A stretch of 63,600 nt of DNA, the filler included, from Saprolegnia diclina VS20 (lineage: Eukaryota), in assembly GCF_000281045.1 (NCBI RefSeq). It is 6 parts of 3 records of this genome, joined end to end, with 100 filler letters (N's around TTAATTAATTAA, not from the genome) between each part and the next. Parts side by side here need not be neighbours in the genome. Positions count along the whole stretch, not along the records: positions 45,220 to 59,164 come from NW_008246073.1; positions 59,265 to 61,176 come from NW_008246075.1; 4 more parts are not named here. One strand, written 5' to 3'. Below the pieces are notes generated by a model, which had not been told where the DNA came from, ran no database searches, and was given only the letters and a program-made list of their open reading frames with translations. Below, in pieces: positions 47,806 to 60,054 of the stretch. The position numbers were made by a program, and so were the translations under genes. Numbering within the stretch: the stretch's first letter is position 1; each line of letters opens with the position of its first letter.

Positions 47806-50227
47806 GGTGCTGCTTATGTTGCTCGTGGCAGAATGAAGAATGTGAGCTTTGAGGAATCATCGCAGGTTGTTCTCAACTACAGTGTACCGAATTGGTCCAT
47901 CGAAGGGTGACTCGCATGACTTGTTGCCCATGTGGCCGGCTCCAACTTGGCGTTTGTATGAAGTCCAGTGCATACGGGAGGGTTTGGCTCGCGGTTATGA
48001 AACAACATGGGACAGACCGGCGACGGGCCGCAGTTGGTTGGAGTGGGATCTTGGCGCAGTGGTATGCTTATTTGTCAGCGTCCTCGCCTCTCCTCTTGTC
48101 GTCTCGAGTCTTCGCGAGATTTTGCGCGATATTGTCTATTCCAAAAACTAGACCAAACGAGGAAGCGGCGTCGGAGATGCAAAACCGCGTGCGTCGAGGT
48201 ATGCGTACACTGGAGCGTCCAGTGCACTGGGCTGTTTGGCCGCTCCTGCTCGTGTGGGATGACATAAAACGCAGCCATCTGATGCTTGAACCTCCGACAA
48301 TGCACTGGCTTCTGATAGGGCCACTGGGCGGCGTCTGGGCAGGCTGCGACACGCAATACTTTTTTCAAGTCGCGCGATTCACCAAGGCGCGAAATATTTT
48401 TGAAACGACAGATTGTCCTGGCCCCTTGACAGTCGCCACGCGCTGACGACAGCCACGAGCGATAAACTAGGAATCTTTCGAAGCTTCTGCACTGCCTGTT
48501 GCCACTCGTCTTGGGTGCAGAACAACGAACGGAGACAGTACGCTGCACCTCCCCTCGATTCCCCATCGCGGTTGGTCGGGGAAGTTTCTTCCAGGTGCCA
48601 GCTGCGCGTAAACGCGTGAAGACTTGGAGCTATGGCAGCCACAAGTGCGAGTTGAGGCAGTCGATTCCGAGAGATACGCCAACCTTGTTGCGTGAACGCC
48701 GCTTGGATATGTTGGTACACTCGCCTCGTAGAAAGGCGCTCGTCGAGGCTGCTGCTTCAACAAACGTGGCGCTGGAACGGGTGATCACCGCGGCTTTTTG
48801 CTGTCGCACGTTTGCCTCCAACGGGCTCGAAGCCGTTTTTCGGCAAAGTACACAGTGGAATAGTTTACGGCGATGGATGCAACATCGAGTGCGACCCATG
48901 ATCACTGCAGCGTAGACACGGGTGGAAGCCTGTTTGCGTCTACGGTGACCACGCTGGATCTTACTCGAATGATGAGTACAACGCGCCAACGACTAATTAC
49001 TCGTCCGAGTTCGCTCCTCGGTCGCCACCGTCATTGCGCGGCAGAACTACTGCGTGCGTATCATCGAGATCCAATGCTGAGAGTTCACAGTGCACGGCAG
49101 CAGCGAGCGGTATACGGTACTGTACCGCCTGCAACGTGGTTGGCGCATGGACAAAATTTGTTCTCGAGGTCTGTAGAATCAACTTGCCGTCGCACTCGAT
49201 ACGACGTCTCGACCTCGACACGTAAACATCTTGCACACAAGGTACGATGTCGTCGTATCTCCACACCTCGTCGTAGAACAATCTCAGAGCCTCTGAGGTT
49301 GTTCTTGATATACACTACATTGTGCCGTAGTCGCGTTGATCGAGTCGTAGACGTCGAGTGCCAAGACACCGCTGTCGTGTGCGCCGCCGTCGTTCGATGC
49401 ATCTCCCGTGAGCCTTTTGGCGATCGTTATGATATGACAAGCCTGTGGTCTCGCTAGCTCGGCACAAGTCGACTCTGGTCGGTCATACGCTCTGCGTCTC
49501 GAGCTTGCCAGGGCCCCAACGCCATGTTGCTCGAGTTGCTATTCAATTAGGGGCGTCGTTACGATGGCTGATTAAGGAAAGACCCATGGTGCACAAGCCC
49601 ATGATGGGCGTCACTGCCGCTTTTGCAATACGGACGAGCGCAAACGTACGATCGTTGGTTGGTGCGCTGCGTCCATGCGCCCTGGCACGCTTTCGAAGTC
49701 TCTTGCTGATGCATCTCCCGTCGTTGCTCGCTGGCTTCCTCCACGGCGCCGTCGCTGCGCCGCACTCGGTTCACTATATTGTAGTCTTCCATTCTCGCCC
49801 TCCGGCCGGTCTTGCGCGCTTGCGTTTGATATACTAGGAGTATTGTGTTTGGCTTGACCGCAACGACCAAGCCTTTCGCACGACGCTGCCGAAAAGAACT
49901 TCCCGTCGCTGCGCTCGCGATAATGGCAGCTACGATTCAATGCTTGTACGTACTTGGTCGTCGTCGGGGTGCCATCGCTCGTCGCATAACGATCTCCGCG
50001 ACGACTACTATTGGTGTGCGCGCCACCTCGTTTCTCGCACACAACCGCAACCATACGACCACTGACGCCCTCGCTGGACGCAACAAACAGCCTCAAAAGC
50101 ACAGGAGGAAGTCCCGCATACTCGTATAGATCCTGCTCGCAGAGAACATTGACAAAGAATAAGCTTCCTCATCCCATTCGGCAAGATCACACTAGTATGT
50201 GCAGCCACTAGTACATGGGACAGCCAC

Positions 50228-50731
50228 CTATGGCGTGTCGTCTTTGGTCGCGTGCGCCTTGGATTTCGCCTCGCCCGCAAGGTTCGACGCCTTGTCCTTG
50301 GCGGTCTCAGCAGTATCGCCCGCCTTGTCCTGGAGCTCGCGGGTCTTGTCCTTGGCCTCGGCCGCGGCGCTCGATGCCTTGTCCTTGGCCTCATCCTTGG
50401 TCTTGCCGGCCTTTTCGTGGAGCTCGCGGGTCTTGTCCGCTGCCTCGTCCTTGGCCTCGTCCGCCTTGCCGGCCAGTTTGTCCTTGGCGTCATAGGCCTT
50501 GGTCTTCAGCTCACTCGCCTTGTCCGAGACCTTGTCCTTGGCGTCGTACGCTGTGTCGACCATCTTGTCCTTGGCGTTCACCGCCTTGGTCTTGGCGTCG
50601 TGGAAGGTCGACTGCACCGAATCCTCGGCGCTGTGCACCGTGTCCATCACCTTGGTGCGCGCCGACTCAAACACCGAAGGTCCGTCGTCCGACGGCGTCG
50701 TCTTGGTCGTAGTCTTAGTCGTGTCCGACAT
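50228..50731 (-). CDS. Group 3 LEA-like hydrophilic repeat protein (167 aa)
   Basis: A/K/D/T/E-rich with 11-mer periodicity (AYDAKDKVSDK, AYDAKDKLAGK, AAEAKDKTREL, AETAKDKASNL); no Cys or Trp. Confidence 0.85.
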   Translation of the reverse strand: MSDTTKTTTKTTPSDDGPSVFESARTKVMDTVHSAEDSVQSTFHDAKTKAVNAKDKMVDTAYDAKDKVSDKASELKTKAYDAKDKLAGKADEAKDEAADKTRELHEKAGKTKDEAKDKASSAAAEAKDKTRELQDKAGDTAETAKDKASNLAGEAKSKAHATKDDTP

Positions 50732-50736
50732 GGCAG

Positions 50737-50752
50737 GCAAATGCAAAAGTGA
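50737..50752 (-). promoter_or_regulatory. Oomycete INR+FPR core promoter of the LEA-like gene
   Basis: Minus strand TCACTTT-TG-CATTTGC fits YCAYTYY-NN-MWTTTNC immediately upstream of the ATG. Confidence 0.7.
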
Positions 50753-52549
50753 GAGATCGTGCCGCCCTCGACCGCCAAAGGCCCTGTCGCGCGAGCCCAA
50801 CGGTCGCGAGAAACAACCAAGCTGGGAAGTGGCCGAGAACGAGAAGGAACGGCAGCAACGGGCTAACGGCCGCATGTCGGGTGGCTGCGTCACGGGACAA
50901 GGCTCCACGACGCATCCCTACGACGTTCTCGGCGCGGCAAGATGTTTCCAGTTTCCAGTTGACTTGGGCCGTGGCGATCTTGCCCTCCCGCTCATGCGAC
51001 GAGGCAGAGAACGCAAGTCGGTCACGGTAGCATGCGTGTCGGCCGCCTTGCCTAGCACGACCACCTTCCGCACCTCGACCTTGGTGTTGTGGACGACGGC
51101 TGCGTCCACTTTGGCAAGAAGCTCCCATCGACGTCGTCCGACGTGGCTTAGAGCTCTACGTTAGCGTCGTAAAGGCCGAACACTGTCGAGGCGGCTGTCG
51201 CTTGGACCGGCGTCTAGAGCTTGTGAGTGGCATTTGATCTGCAACTGGCGCTTTGAGGGGGAAAACATAAGCTTACGTCGCAACTTGACGGTTGACGGAC
51301 TCTGCGTTGAGGGCGGTGACCGTGGCTTGGATGTTGAGCAAGAGCGATCGATGCGGCACGCGGTTGGTACAGCACCCTGGAAGCAATTGGGGCACGCCAG
51401 TAAACAAGGCCGTGTGTGGTGAGAGTCCAGCTATTTTGCGGCGCCCCGTAAATGGGCCAAATTCGCAAACGATGTTTAGTGGATACTATAAGTACCAACC
51501 ATCCCAAACCAGACTCTGTCGGTAGCCTGGCACGGCCACGTCATCCGGATGAAACACCAAGACAAGTTGGCACGAAGGAGCCAACACCACACCAACAACT
51601 CAGCCTACAACTCCTAAACTCGCGGAATAAAAAAATATTGAGATAGCTTTCGCCGCGGGGCCATTCGCAACCCGAAGCTGCCGCTGGCGAAGCCCCCGAC
51701 GCCCAACCGAGATGCATTGTTACCCGCCGAACCAGGCCCCGAACGACCCCGATTTTTAGACCTGGCTTTTGTAAGAGGTACATGGATGACCTGGCGTCCT
51801 GTTGAGTACTGTAGGTACTAGTCAAATCGAGTAACTACACTGCACGACTGCTGGATCCATGGGACTCCATACCAAGAGTGTCCATGGAGTTTGCCGAATG
51901 GTCGGCCCTTCACTATTGCGTACTAAAATGTACTAGTACTAGTCTTAGCATTGTGCCAACGATGCTTTGCTCAGTCGTCTCATTTGTGTCTCGTTCTCGT
52001 CGCATCCAGTGGGATGTTGTGGGTCCGAGCAAGGGTACATAGCTCCTCTCATTAGCGTAGATTCTGCTTGTTCATTATCGCTTTCGTCGCGCATGTCTTT
52101 CATCGACAAATGCGATTTTTGCTGTCGCCATCGCGACCACCGACACGCAAGTCGCCAGTTGCAGTAAAACACTTGGGTACAGCTGAAGCGTGGTCAAAGA
52201 GAACTTTCATTTACCATTGGCCCATAAATAATGCCGTATGGGACGAGGTAAAAGTCAAGCAAATCTGCACAGAGTAGTATCATGCAGGTGCAGGTGCAGG
52301 TGCATCGAACTTGTGCGTTTCACGCACTTGAAGATGGTTCTCAGTCCGTTCCCACGGTTTACCAACTCCTCCGTGTTCCTTGCGCCATCCTTCTTGCACC
52401 CAAACGCGTTCGACCCAAATGACCGTAAAGACGCTTCTACACCGCGCAATTAGCCGTGACTAAGCTCTGCCCTCTGATGTAGGTCGCTCGCAACATGGAT
52501 GTCGTCTTGGGAAGGTATATATTACAATAAAGATAAGGTGGGGGCGGAT

Positions 52550-52900
52550 TCAGAAGAGGGCAAAGAGGATCGCACACTCGTCCTCGGTCAGCGCTGTCGT
52601 GTCGGTGGCCACGTTTCGCGGTGCCCATGCGTCGTCCAGGAGGGTACTGAGAAACTGGAGGTCCAACACATTGGCGGTCGTCGGCGTCGTCGGCGGCGAC
52701 TGCAGCAGTGTGGCCTTTTGCGCCGCGCGGAGCAGCTTGCGCTTCTTGGCGTGAGTCTTTTGGACCTCGTTGGCCTTGTCGCGGTGGTGGTCGCAGAGCA
52801 TGTGGAGGTCGCCGTTCTTCTTGGTCGTACGCGGGTTAAAGCATGCCTTGTACGTATACTTGCACAGCATCGGGTTGTTGTTGTGCTTGGGCGAGATCAT
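52550..52900 (-). CDS. Family B copy 4
   Basis: CKYTYKACFNPRTTKKNGDLHMLCDHHRDKANEVQKTHAKKRK; tail LTEDECAILFALF. Confidence 0.88.
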   Translation of the reverse strand: MISPKHNNNPMLCKYTYKACFNPRTTKKNGDLHMLCDHHRDKANEVQKTHAKKRKLLRAAQKATLLQSPPTTPTTANVLDLQFLSTLLDDAWAPRNVATDTTALTEDECAILFALF

Positions 52901-53595
52901 GTTGGCGAGGTGCTACTCGAGAGGAGGAAAGTTGAAATGTGACGGCCTCCGACTTGGTCTCGCGCGCGTTTCCCACAGCTTCCATCATGGCAGCGATGGG
53001 CTTGTGTCAGTCCAACTCTGTCCAAAACGAAGGCCGCTCTTGGTTGCTGTCCAACGTCAGACTTCCCATGAAGAATAATCCAATGGATTTATTCCTTGGT
53101 CGCTGATTGGTTGGCCGCTCCACCGCGGACTCACACAGGTGTTACAAAGTTGGGTGGGATCGGCCTCATACGGTCTCAGATCCCAACGATGCTGCAGACA
53201 CAAAGCGTATGCACGTACTTTTGCTACCGTGGATGCCGCGAGCTGCAGCATAGCTATCGTACTGCGTATAGCACTCGAGCTCACGCCCAAGGGCCCCTCC
53301 GAGCGCGTTCGGGAAGCAGTGTCGAACCTCAATGCTTACGTGAGTGTACTTGATGGCGTCATAAGAAGCCAGAACGCACCGCCATTACCACGTGACAAGG
53401 AGCCAATCAAACGCGACGTGCGTTGAGGTAGCCAATCATATGCCGTGTTTATGCCTGGCATGGCGCCAAAGTTTCTGCCGCCAACTCGCGAAGTCCCTGT
53501 GGACATGGCGACAATACACGACACGCATCGCCATGGCTATTATGCTAGTGGACTAGTAAGCGCACATTTTAAATTCCTTTCAACTGACAACAACG

Positions 53596-53937
53596 ATGGA
53601 CGAGAGCTTGCGCTGCAAGTATACATACAAGCCGTGCTTGAACCCACGTACGACCAAGAAGAACGGCGACCTCCACATGCTCTGCGACTACCACCGCGAC
53701 AAGGCCAACCAAGTCCAGAAAACACATGCAATCAAGCGCAAGCTGCGGCGTGCCCTCGAGAATGCGTCGCCGCCGCTGGCGCCGGCACCAACGAGCTTGC
53801 CAATGGATGCAATTGAGTTGGCCTATCTCGAAGCCATCCTGAACGCACACGAGGGACCGTCGACAAGCACAACGTCATCGACATCGACGACACACTTGAC
53901 GGACGAAGAATACGCGATTCTATTCGAACTATTTTAA
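53596..53937 (+). CDS. Family B copy 5 (divergently oriented partner of copy 4)
   Basis: CKYTYKPCLNPRTTKKNGDLHMLCDYHRDKANQVQKTHAIKRK; tail LTDEEYAILFELF. Confidence 0.88.
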   Translation: MDESLRCKYTYKPCLNPRTTKKNGDLHMLCDYHRDKANQVQKTHAIKRKLRRALENASPPLAPAPTSLPMDAIELAYLEAILNAHEGPSTSTTSSTSTTHLTDEEYAILFELF

Positions 53938-56353
53938 ATTATAAGCAAATCTAAATCCCATGTAAGACCGTGCGAATATTTCGTTTCCATGTGCGGTCGA
54001 GGCTGCTTCTACCGACAAGATGGCCTGATAGATTGATACTTTTTGTGTCTATTGGATGCACGGTTGGTGTTTTGGCAACCAACTGCCAATCGGAAACGAG
54101 CAAATTGTGTGATAGTGTAGGTAGCGTGTGAGGCAACGTAGCGCCGTGTTGGTCACTGCAGGATCGGGTGCTAAAGGCCGATGGTATGTAGAGGTACTCG
54201 GTGCTGCGGTGGCTAAAAGAGCCAGGCTAGTTTAAAAAATGCGTACGACGGCTCGAAAAGGTGCTTCTAACTTGTTGGTCTCTCGTACGTTCACTCTCTC
54301 GCTATATTGTTTAGTACGAGGTCGTTGTAGCGCTGCGTTGTGCAGCTGCATCTCGTTTCGTGGCGTGCTATTGCGGTTGGACATGGTTCGAACAGGCCCA
54401 GTTCATTCTATGGACACGGGCATACACTCTTTGAATAAATAGATGAATCGCTACGGGAATATATTTGAGTCGCCTATTTGAGTCGCCAGTAAATCCAGGA
54501 TGGCAGTCGTACTGACAAGGCGCGTGTTTTTCAGCCATATCCCAGCTCAGTAGGCTAATTGCGTCGTCGTGTCAGTCCGATGGCGAAATAAAATTTTGCG
54601 GTCCCGACGGTCGACAACGATAGGTCCTCGCACGTGTAGGTTCAATGTACATCGGCCCCTTTCAAGATAAACAGCCCAGGAGGAAGCTGGTCGTTTTCGA
54701 AAGGATACAAATACATGACGGAAAGTCGACAAAGCGTCAAGGAAAGCAAGATTGTTGGTGTAGGGCGGCGAGGTTGGCACGTGTACGAAGCGTGGCCGAC
54801 GTGGTGTAAACTGGCACACGACGTACTCGTACTTCTGTGTGCTCCTACGTAAATGGTGCCGACCACATAGACGCCAGCATACGGGACTGTATTTATGTGT
54901 TTGGTGTCCGCATGTGCCCATTGAGCAATTTCAGCGTCCGGTGAACCACCGCGCTTCGTTTTTGCCTCTGTGCGTTTTGTGTGCTTGAAATTGGGGCAAG
55001 CGATGCATCACGGACGTGTTGTTTCGACACGGACCCAACTTGACAGAGCGCACCGAGCATCATTGCGTCACGGCGGGTTGACGTCCAACGTGCGATGAGG
55101 CAGAGCGCCCAATCACGACGGCACCCAATCGCCAGTTTGCTGGTGCATACTAGGGGCTTATATTTCCCGTAGCAGTGCATGGGCTCGGCGTTGCTGGACA
55201 CCTACCCCGAGCCGACAGAGCGCACTGCAACAAGCCGGCTGAAAAGGGTTCTTGACGAGGCTGCAGTTCCTACAAGTATAGTTTAATGCGAGAGCGTGGG
55301 CGCCCGACACGAGCACAGTACATGTAGTGGCAACCCAAAGCAAATAGCCAGTGTTTTGCACGTCTCGCAATGAGCCAACGGTACTGTTTGGTCGTGATGC
55401 ACGCAGTAATCACGATGACACTGGTCGCTTGCGTCATGGCGTGACGAAGGCACACACCATCCTTTCTAGTCCGCGACGCAGACGAGCGAAGTGACTACAC
55501 AGTCCGCTGGACTGCTTGGCGGGACGAGCGAGCGAGCTGACGTGGGTACACAATGGTAGAGAGCCATCGCTGCATCACGGTGGCTTCTTCCCACATTACC
55601 ATGCTTCGTGATAGTGATGACATCAAGCACCGTAGAGACATTATTGGTGCGGACCGGGGTGCGGACTGGTGCGGACACGTCAAGGAAGCCATCGCGACGA
55701 CGCGGGCTCGTGTATCGAGGCAAGTCATCGCGCTCGAACCACTTCACCGATTCGTAACTATTTGGTCTCACGGTACAGTGAGCACGCCAGGATCAGACCT
55801 TGAAATAAGATTGTTTGGTGTTTTTGAGGGTGCAAGTCGCGGCGTCGTCAAGCGTGGACCGACTGTGAGTAACTCGTTGACTTGCTCGGTTGATTAACCT
55901 CGAGATGCTTCAGATGGTGCTGGTTGATTAACCTTCAGATGTCAGATGATGCGCCTTCAGATGGTGGATGATGAGCCTTCCGGATCCCGTTCCACCCTGT
56001 CGAGGGCACGCGTCCATGGAGGGTCGGACAGGGCAGTGGGATGCATCGAGTTTGATTGGTATTTCATTCCATTTACGAGCTCTTACAACGGGCTAGCCTC
56101 GGCACTTTGCGGCCGTGCCAACAAAGACTTCCACGACGGGCAACGCTGACGACCGCGCAACTCGCGAACTATTCACAATGGCGACGCAGCGACTGATTTG
56201 GGCCACGTTAAATTGACTACAAGTATCCAATCCCGTTGCTCGAGAATTTCGCGCCAAAATTAGACTCGTTTGGAGGATACGAACTTAGATATTAAAGTTA
56301 GAAGAATAAGTCAGATGCCGATGACACCTGAAGTGTACAGCGATCGCGGTGGT

Positions 56354-56644
56354 CTACTCGTCGTCGCTCTCGCCGCTCAGGAGGAGCTCGCAGAGGTACT
56401 GCAGCTCGTCATTGTCGACGACCGACGCCAAGTCAAAGCCGTCGTCATGGCCGGTAAAGTCGCTTGGCTCCATGGTTGCGAGTGCTTGGCGAAGTTTTTT
56501 GTTGGCGGCATGGATCTTTTGGATCGCATTGGCTCGGTCTCTGTGGAAGGCGCAGAGGAGGTGGAGTGCGCCGTTGCGCTTCATAACGCGCTGGTTCGTG
56601 CACGGCTTGTACGTGTACTTGCAGAGGGCGTCGTCGCTGGACAT
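56354..56644 (-). CDS. Family B copy 6
   Basis: CKYTYKPCTNQRVMKRNGALHLLCAFHRDRANAIQKIHAANKK; tail DELQYLCELLL. Confidence 0.85.
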   Translation of the reverse strand: MSSDDALCKYTYKPCTNQRVMKRNGALHLLCAFHRDRANAIQKIHAANKKLRQALATMEPSDFTGHDDGFDLASVVDNDELQYLCELLLSGESDDE

Positions 56645-56978
56645 GGGCAAAAGACAAATGGGAGGTGCTTGAAGCCCCAGCAATAGCATTACACCATGTC
56701 GAACACGCGCGCAACGCGCAATCTCTGCCGTCGGCACGTGTGTCGTGCTTCGAATCAGGAGCCAAATAATGTGCTCCTGGCTTCGATGCACTGGCCCTAC
56801 TCGAACTCCTTGCTTTTTTGGTCCATCTTGAAACACCCCTATTGAGTGAAAATGGATTTCAAAATCTGAAAAAACTCAAAATCAATGCTTTTGACGACTG
56901 GAACAAGGCATGCCCTTCGATCGGACATGCTTATCTAGTATTGGACACGAGACAGCAAAAAAGACAAATCTCGGCGGC

Positions 56979-57278
56979 TCAGGTGCACGGGAAGAGCGGG
57001 TCGATGTCGCGCTGAATGGTGAGAATCATTTCGTCCAGAAAAGCCCAGTCCAGAGTGTCGAGCACAGCGTTGCCGACGTCTTCGACGGTGGAGATCGACG
57101 ACCGGGCCTCGTCACGCTTTTGGCGCTTCTTGGCCGCGTACGCTTGCTGGATAGCATTCGCCTTGTTGCGGTGAAATTCGCAAAGGAGATGGAGCGTCCC
57201 ATTGCGCTTGACCGACCGCGGGTGCGAGCATGGCTTGTACGTGTACTTGCAGGTCGGTGTACTTGCTGCGGCCAACAT
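56979..57278 (-). CDS. Family B copy 7
   Basis: CKYTYKPCSHPRSVKRNGTLHLLCEFHRNKANAIQQAYAAKKR; tail LDWAFLDEMIL. Confidence 0.85.
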   Translation of the reverse strand: MLAAASTPTCKYTYKPCSHPRSVKRNGTLHLLCEFHRNKANAIQQAYAAKKRQKRDEARSSISTVEDVGNAVLDTLDWAFLDEMILTIQRDIDPLFPCT

Positions 57279-57663
57279 GGTCGCGCGCGACTGGTCGTTC
57301 GCGTGATGAATACAGGAATGACTGCCTCGAGGCCAATGTTTACGACGTCGAGGGCTGCGACCAAACTCGTGGCACTGGCGCGGCGCAGATGGGTCGTTGG
57401 GACAGCTCCATATGCCTACAGACACTTGCGCGAAGCTCGCGCTTGTTCTTCTCGCATGGCCGTCGCGGTACATATAAAGCATCGAGCGTCGACGGCCCAT
57501 CGATGAACAGGATGTACTGCGAACGGTGGACGGAACGACTATGGTACTAGGAGGGTCGAACGAGCCCCGATACACGTGGAGATACATTGCCCTTTGTACT
57601 GTTTGCCCCGCAGCTCCGTGGGCCAATCGGCATAGACACGCACGAACGGGACGGCTTGTGGTT

Positions 57664-57709
57664 GTCTGGCAGCGTCTGGCGGCGTCTGGCAGCGTCTGGC
57701 AACGTCTGG
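57664..57709. repeat. 10-bp tandem repeat, about 4.5 copies
   Basis: gtctggc agcgtctggc ggcgtctggc agcgtctggc aacgtctgg. Confidence 0.85.
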
Positions 57710-59263
57710 TGGTGGAGACTCAGGCAATGCGTTGGCTTTCTACGCACCAGCTGGCAAGGAAGGTGTGGCTGGCACGATGGGCGTGCTGGGACAATCACTG
57801 CATGGTGGCGTAGATCGCAGGAGAGGCTCCACGCGTGTCGAGGCCCGCTTCAGTTTGTGGCCCGCATCAGCTCGTGTCCGTGGGTACATGCACGTGGTTC
57901 GTCGTCGTCAACGTACCAGCGAGTCCCGGTGTGAGACCTGATCGACCATCGAATAGCACTGGATTGTCCGCCGTCAAAATCAAGTGCCCCTTCCACATTG
58001 TACCGCCGCCATGTTGCATGTACTTGAAGGGACTGGAGCAGCACTGTGCATTGAAAGGATGTTGTACCTACCGAAGGCAATAATGAGTTCTTGACGTACT
58101 AGTATGCACGAGTAATATGCACCCTTGCGATACCTGCACCGAAGCGACTTGGCGACTTCGCTCGAACCCAGATAGAACGCTGCCGTCATGCGCCCGTTGC
58201 AGCTTACATGCCAGTTGTTGATGACGAGACACTGCGAACGAGCGCTCGTCGCAGACCGCGTGCGCAGCTCTGGCTGTTGTTGAAGTGAGTCTATTTAGAT
58301 TTAATTTACACGGAACTGGTTTGGGGGTGGACTTTCGATTCAGAGCGTGTTGTGCTAGACGGCAGCAGCGGCGAGGCTTAGCCGTGTTGAAGGCGAGGCG
58401 TATGGATGGCGCAAGCCGGGACGAGGTGGTCACGAAGCCAGGCGTCGTGGCGCCTCATAGCAGCAGCTCTGGTTGTACAGCCAAGTCCTGGCAAATTTCT
58501 CTCCAGTCCAATAGTCCACTATGCATGTAAAACAAGGCAGGTTCCAAAATGGAATATCGCCACAAGTCGCCAGTCGCACCTTGCTCGTTGGTAGTACCAG
58601 TCTGAACGATCGCGTACAATCTTGGGTGCGTGGCGAGAGCATGAACACTAGTGTGTCCGGCGATAAGACCAGTGCTCTGTTCGAATGCACCACAGAGTTG
58701 CAGATAAAGTCTGTTTGCGACACAAGCCGGCTACACGGCTACCGACAACGGCTGCATCGCACCGTCAATTGGCTTCATAGAGCAACCAAGCAACCCGTGT
58801 CGCCCTTCGAAGCGGCGCGTGCCAACTGCCCAAGATGCTCGACACAGATGCACAAGATATGCTCGTACCGTACAAAGTAGCGTCCAAAGTGTATGTAAAT
58901 CCTCGTAACTCGGAAGGATCGAGGTGCGTAGCGTGCCATTGCATCGACTGCGCTCGCGTTCTGCTTCATGAATGAAACGGCGAGGCATTGACGTATCTGT
59001 GGCGACCGAAAACCGACCTGCGTTGGCAACCTCGTCGACAGACTCGTGTCGACAGCCCGCCGAGCCCCCGCAGTAGCGAGTATCGGTGTCCTATCCCTCT
59101 CGCTGCATTGCGACACATTCTGGCCGCCCGACATTCTCTGCTGCATGACGCAGCACCCAGTACANNNNNNNNNNNNNNNNNNNNNNNNNNNNNNNNNNNN
59201 NNNNNNNNTTAATTAATTAANNNNNNNNNNNNNNNNNNNNNNNNNNNNNNNNNNNNNNNNNNN

Positions 59264-59648
59264 NGTGCGACAGCTGCAGCGAGAAGGACTCTCGGGGTGA
59301 AAACATTAGCTGAATGTACTGATGGACCATATCCAACGTGTGAGGCCACTCGGCGCTCGTGATCGTGAGGCGCTCCGCCGGCACGACCGCGAAACCTGGC
59401 GTCGCCGTGTATGCATCCATGACCTCGAGCGCCTGGGCCTTGCCGAGCGGCCAGCCGAGCCACTCGTCCATCGTGTCGACATGTACGAGCGGTTCGCGGT
59501 GGCGCGGCAGCTCAAACGTGTGCCACGGCTGTGGCACAAAGGCCGCGGCGGCGCGGAGGTTCTGGATCGCCTTCTCATAGGGCTCCTTGCCGGTCGGCGC
59601 TCGGCGGAGCAGCGTGGTTCCTCGCTGGGTCTGGCGTTGGCGGGCCAT
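59264..59648 (-). CDS. Partial hypothetical protein, possibly the N-terminus of an oomycete 2OG-Fe(II) oxygenase-like family member
   Basis: Coding-like GC3 bias; EPLVHV...LGWPLGKAQA...VVPAERLTITSAEW...SLQLSH loosely recalls that family; truncated by a linker gap. Confidence 0.35.
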
Positions 59649-60054
59649 CGATCTTCTGTCGTCTTGCCAACTGCCTGACGATGGTCGGTCACTTATCCGG
59701 ACTGGACATCGATAGATGTTTTAAACAGTCCTTGGGATCGAGTGTAGTAAACACCAAATCATGACGTGGCACGCTCCCCTGCAAGTATGGGCAGCGACAG
59801 CTGGGAGCCATGGCACGCAAGTGTTTTAAGTGCACGACGCTGCAGTTTGTCATTCTCTCCAGAGGGCATTTCGCGTTCCTACGACGTCTACACCACCAAT
59901 AGAGCCAAAGCCGAGAGGTTCTTGTCGCGCGACCAGCCCCCGTGGTCACCTTGCAACCGCACCGCTATCTAGCCCTATTTGGTGTCGCAGCAAATCTCGC
60001 TGCAGGTAGTCTCGCAGTCGGCAGCACTTCTGTTCTCTAGAAAACTCTTAGAGT

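Noticed and set aside
47900..50200. Several 90-190 aa ORFs in intergenic DNA (also 13800-15050 and 54000-56300)
   Set aside because: No recognisable motifs or coding-type codon bias; may be decayed repeats but cannot be supported.
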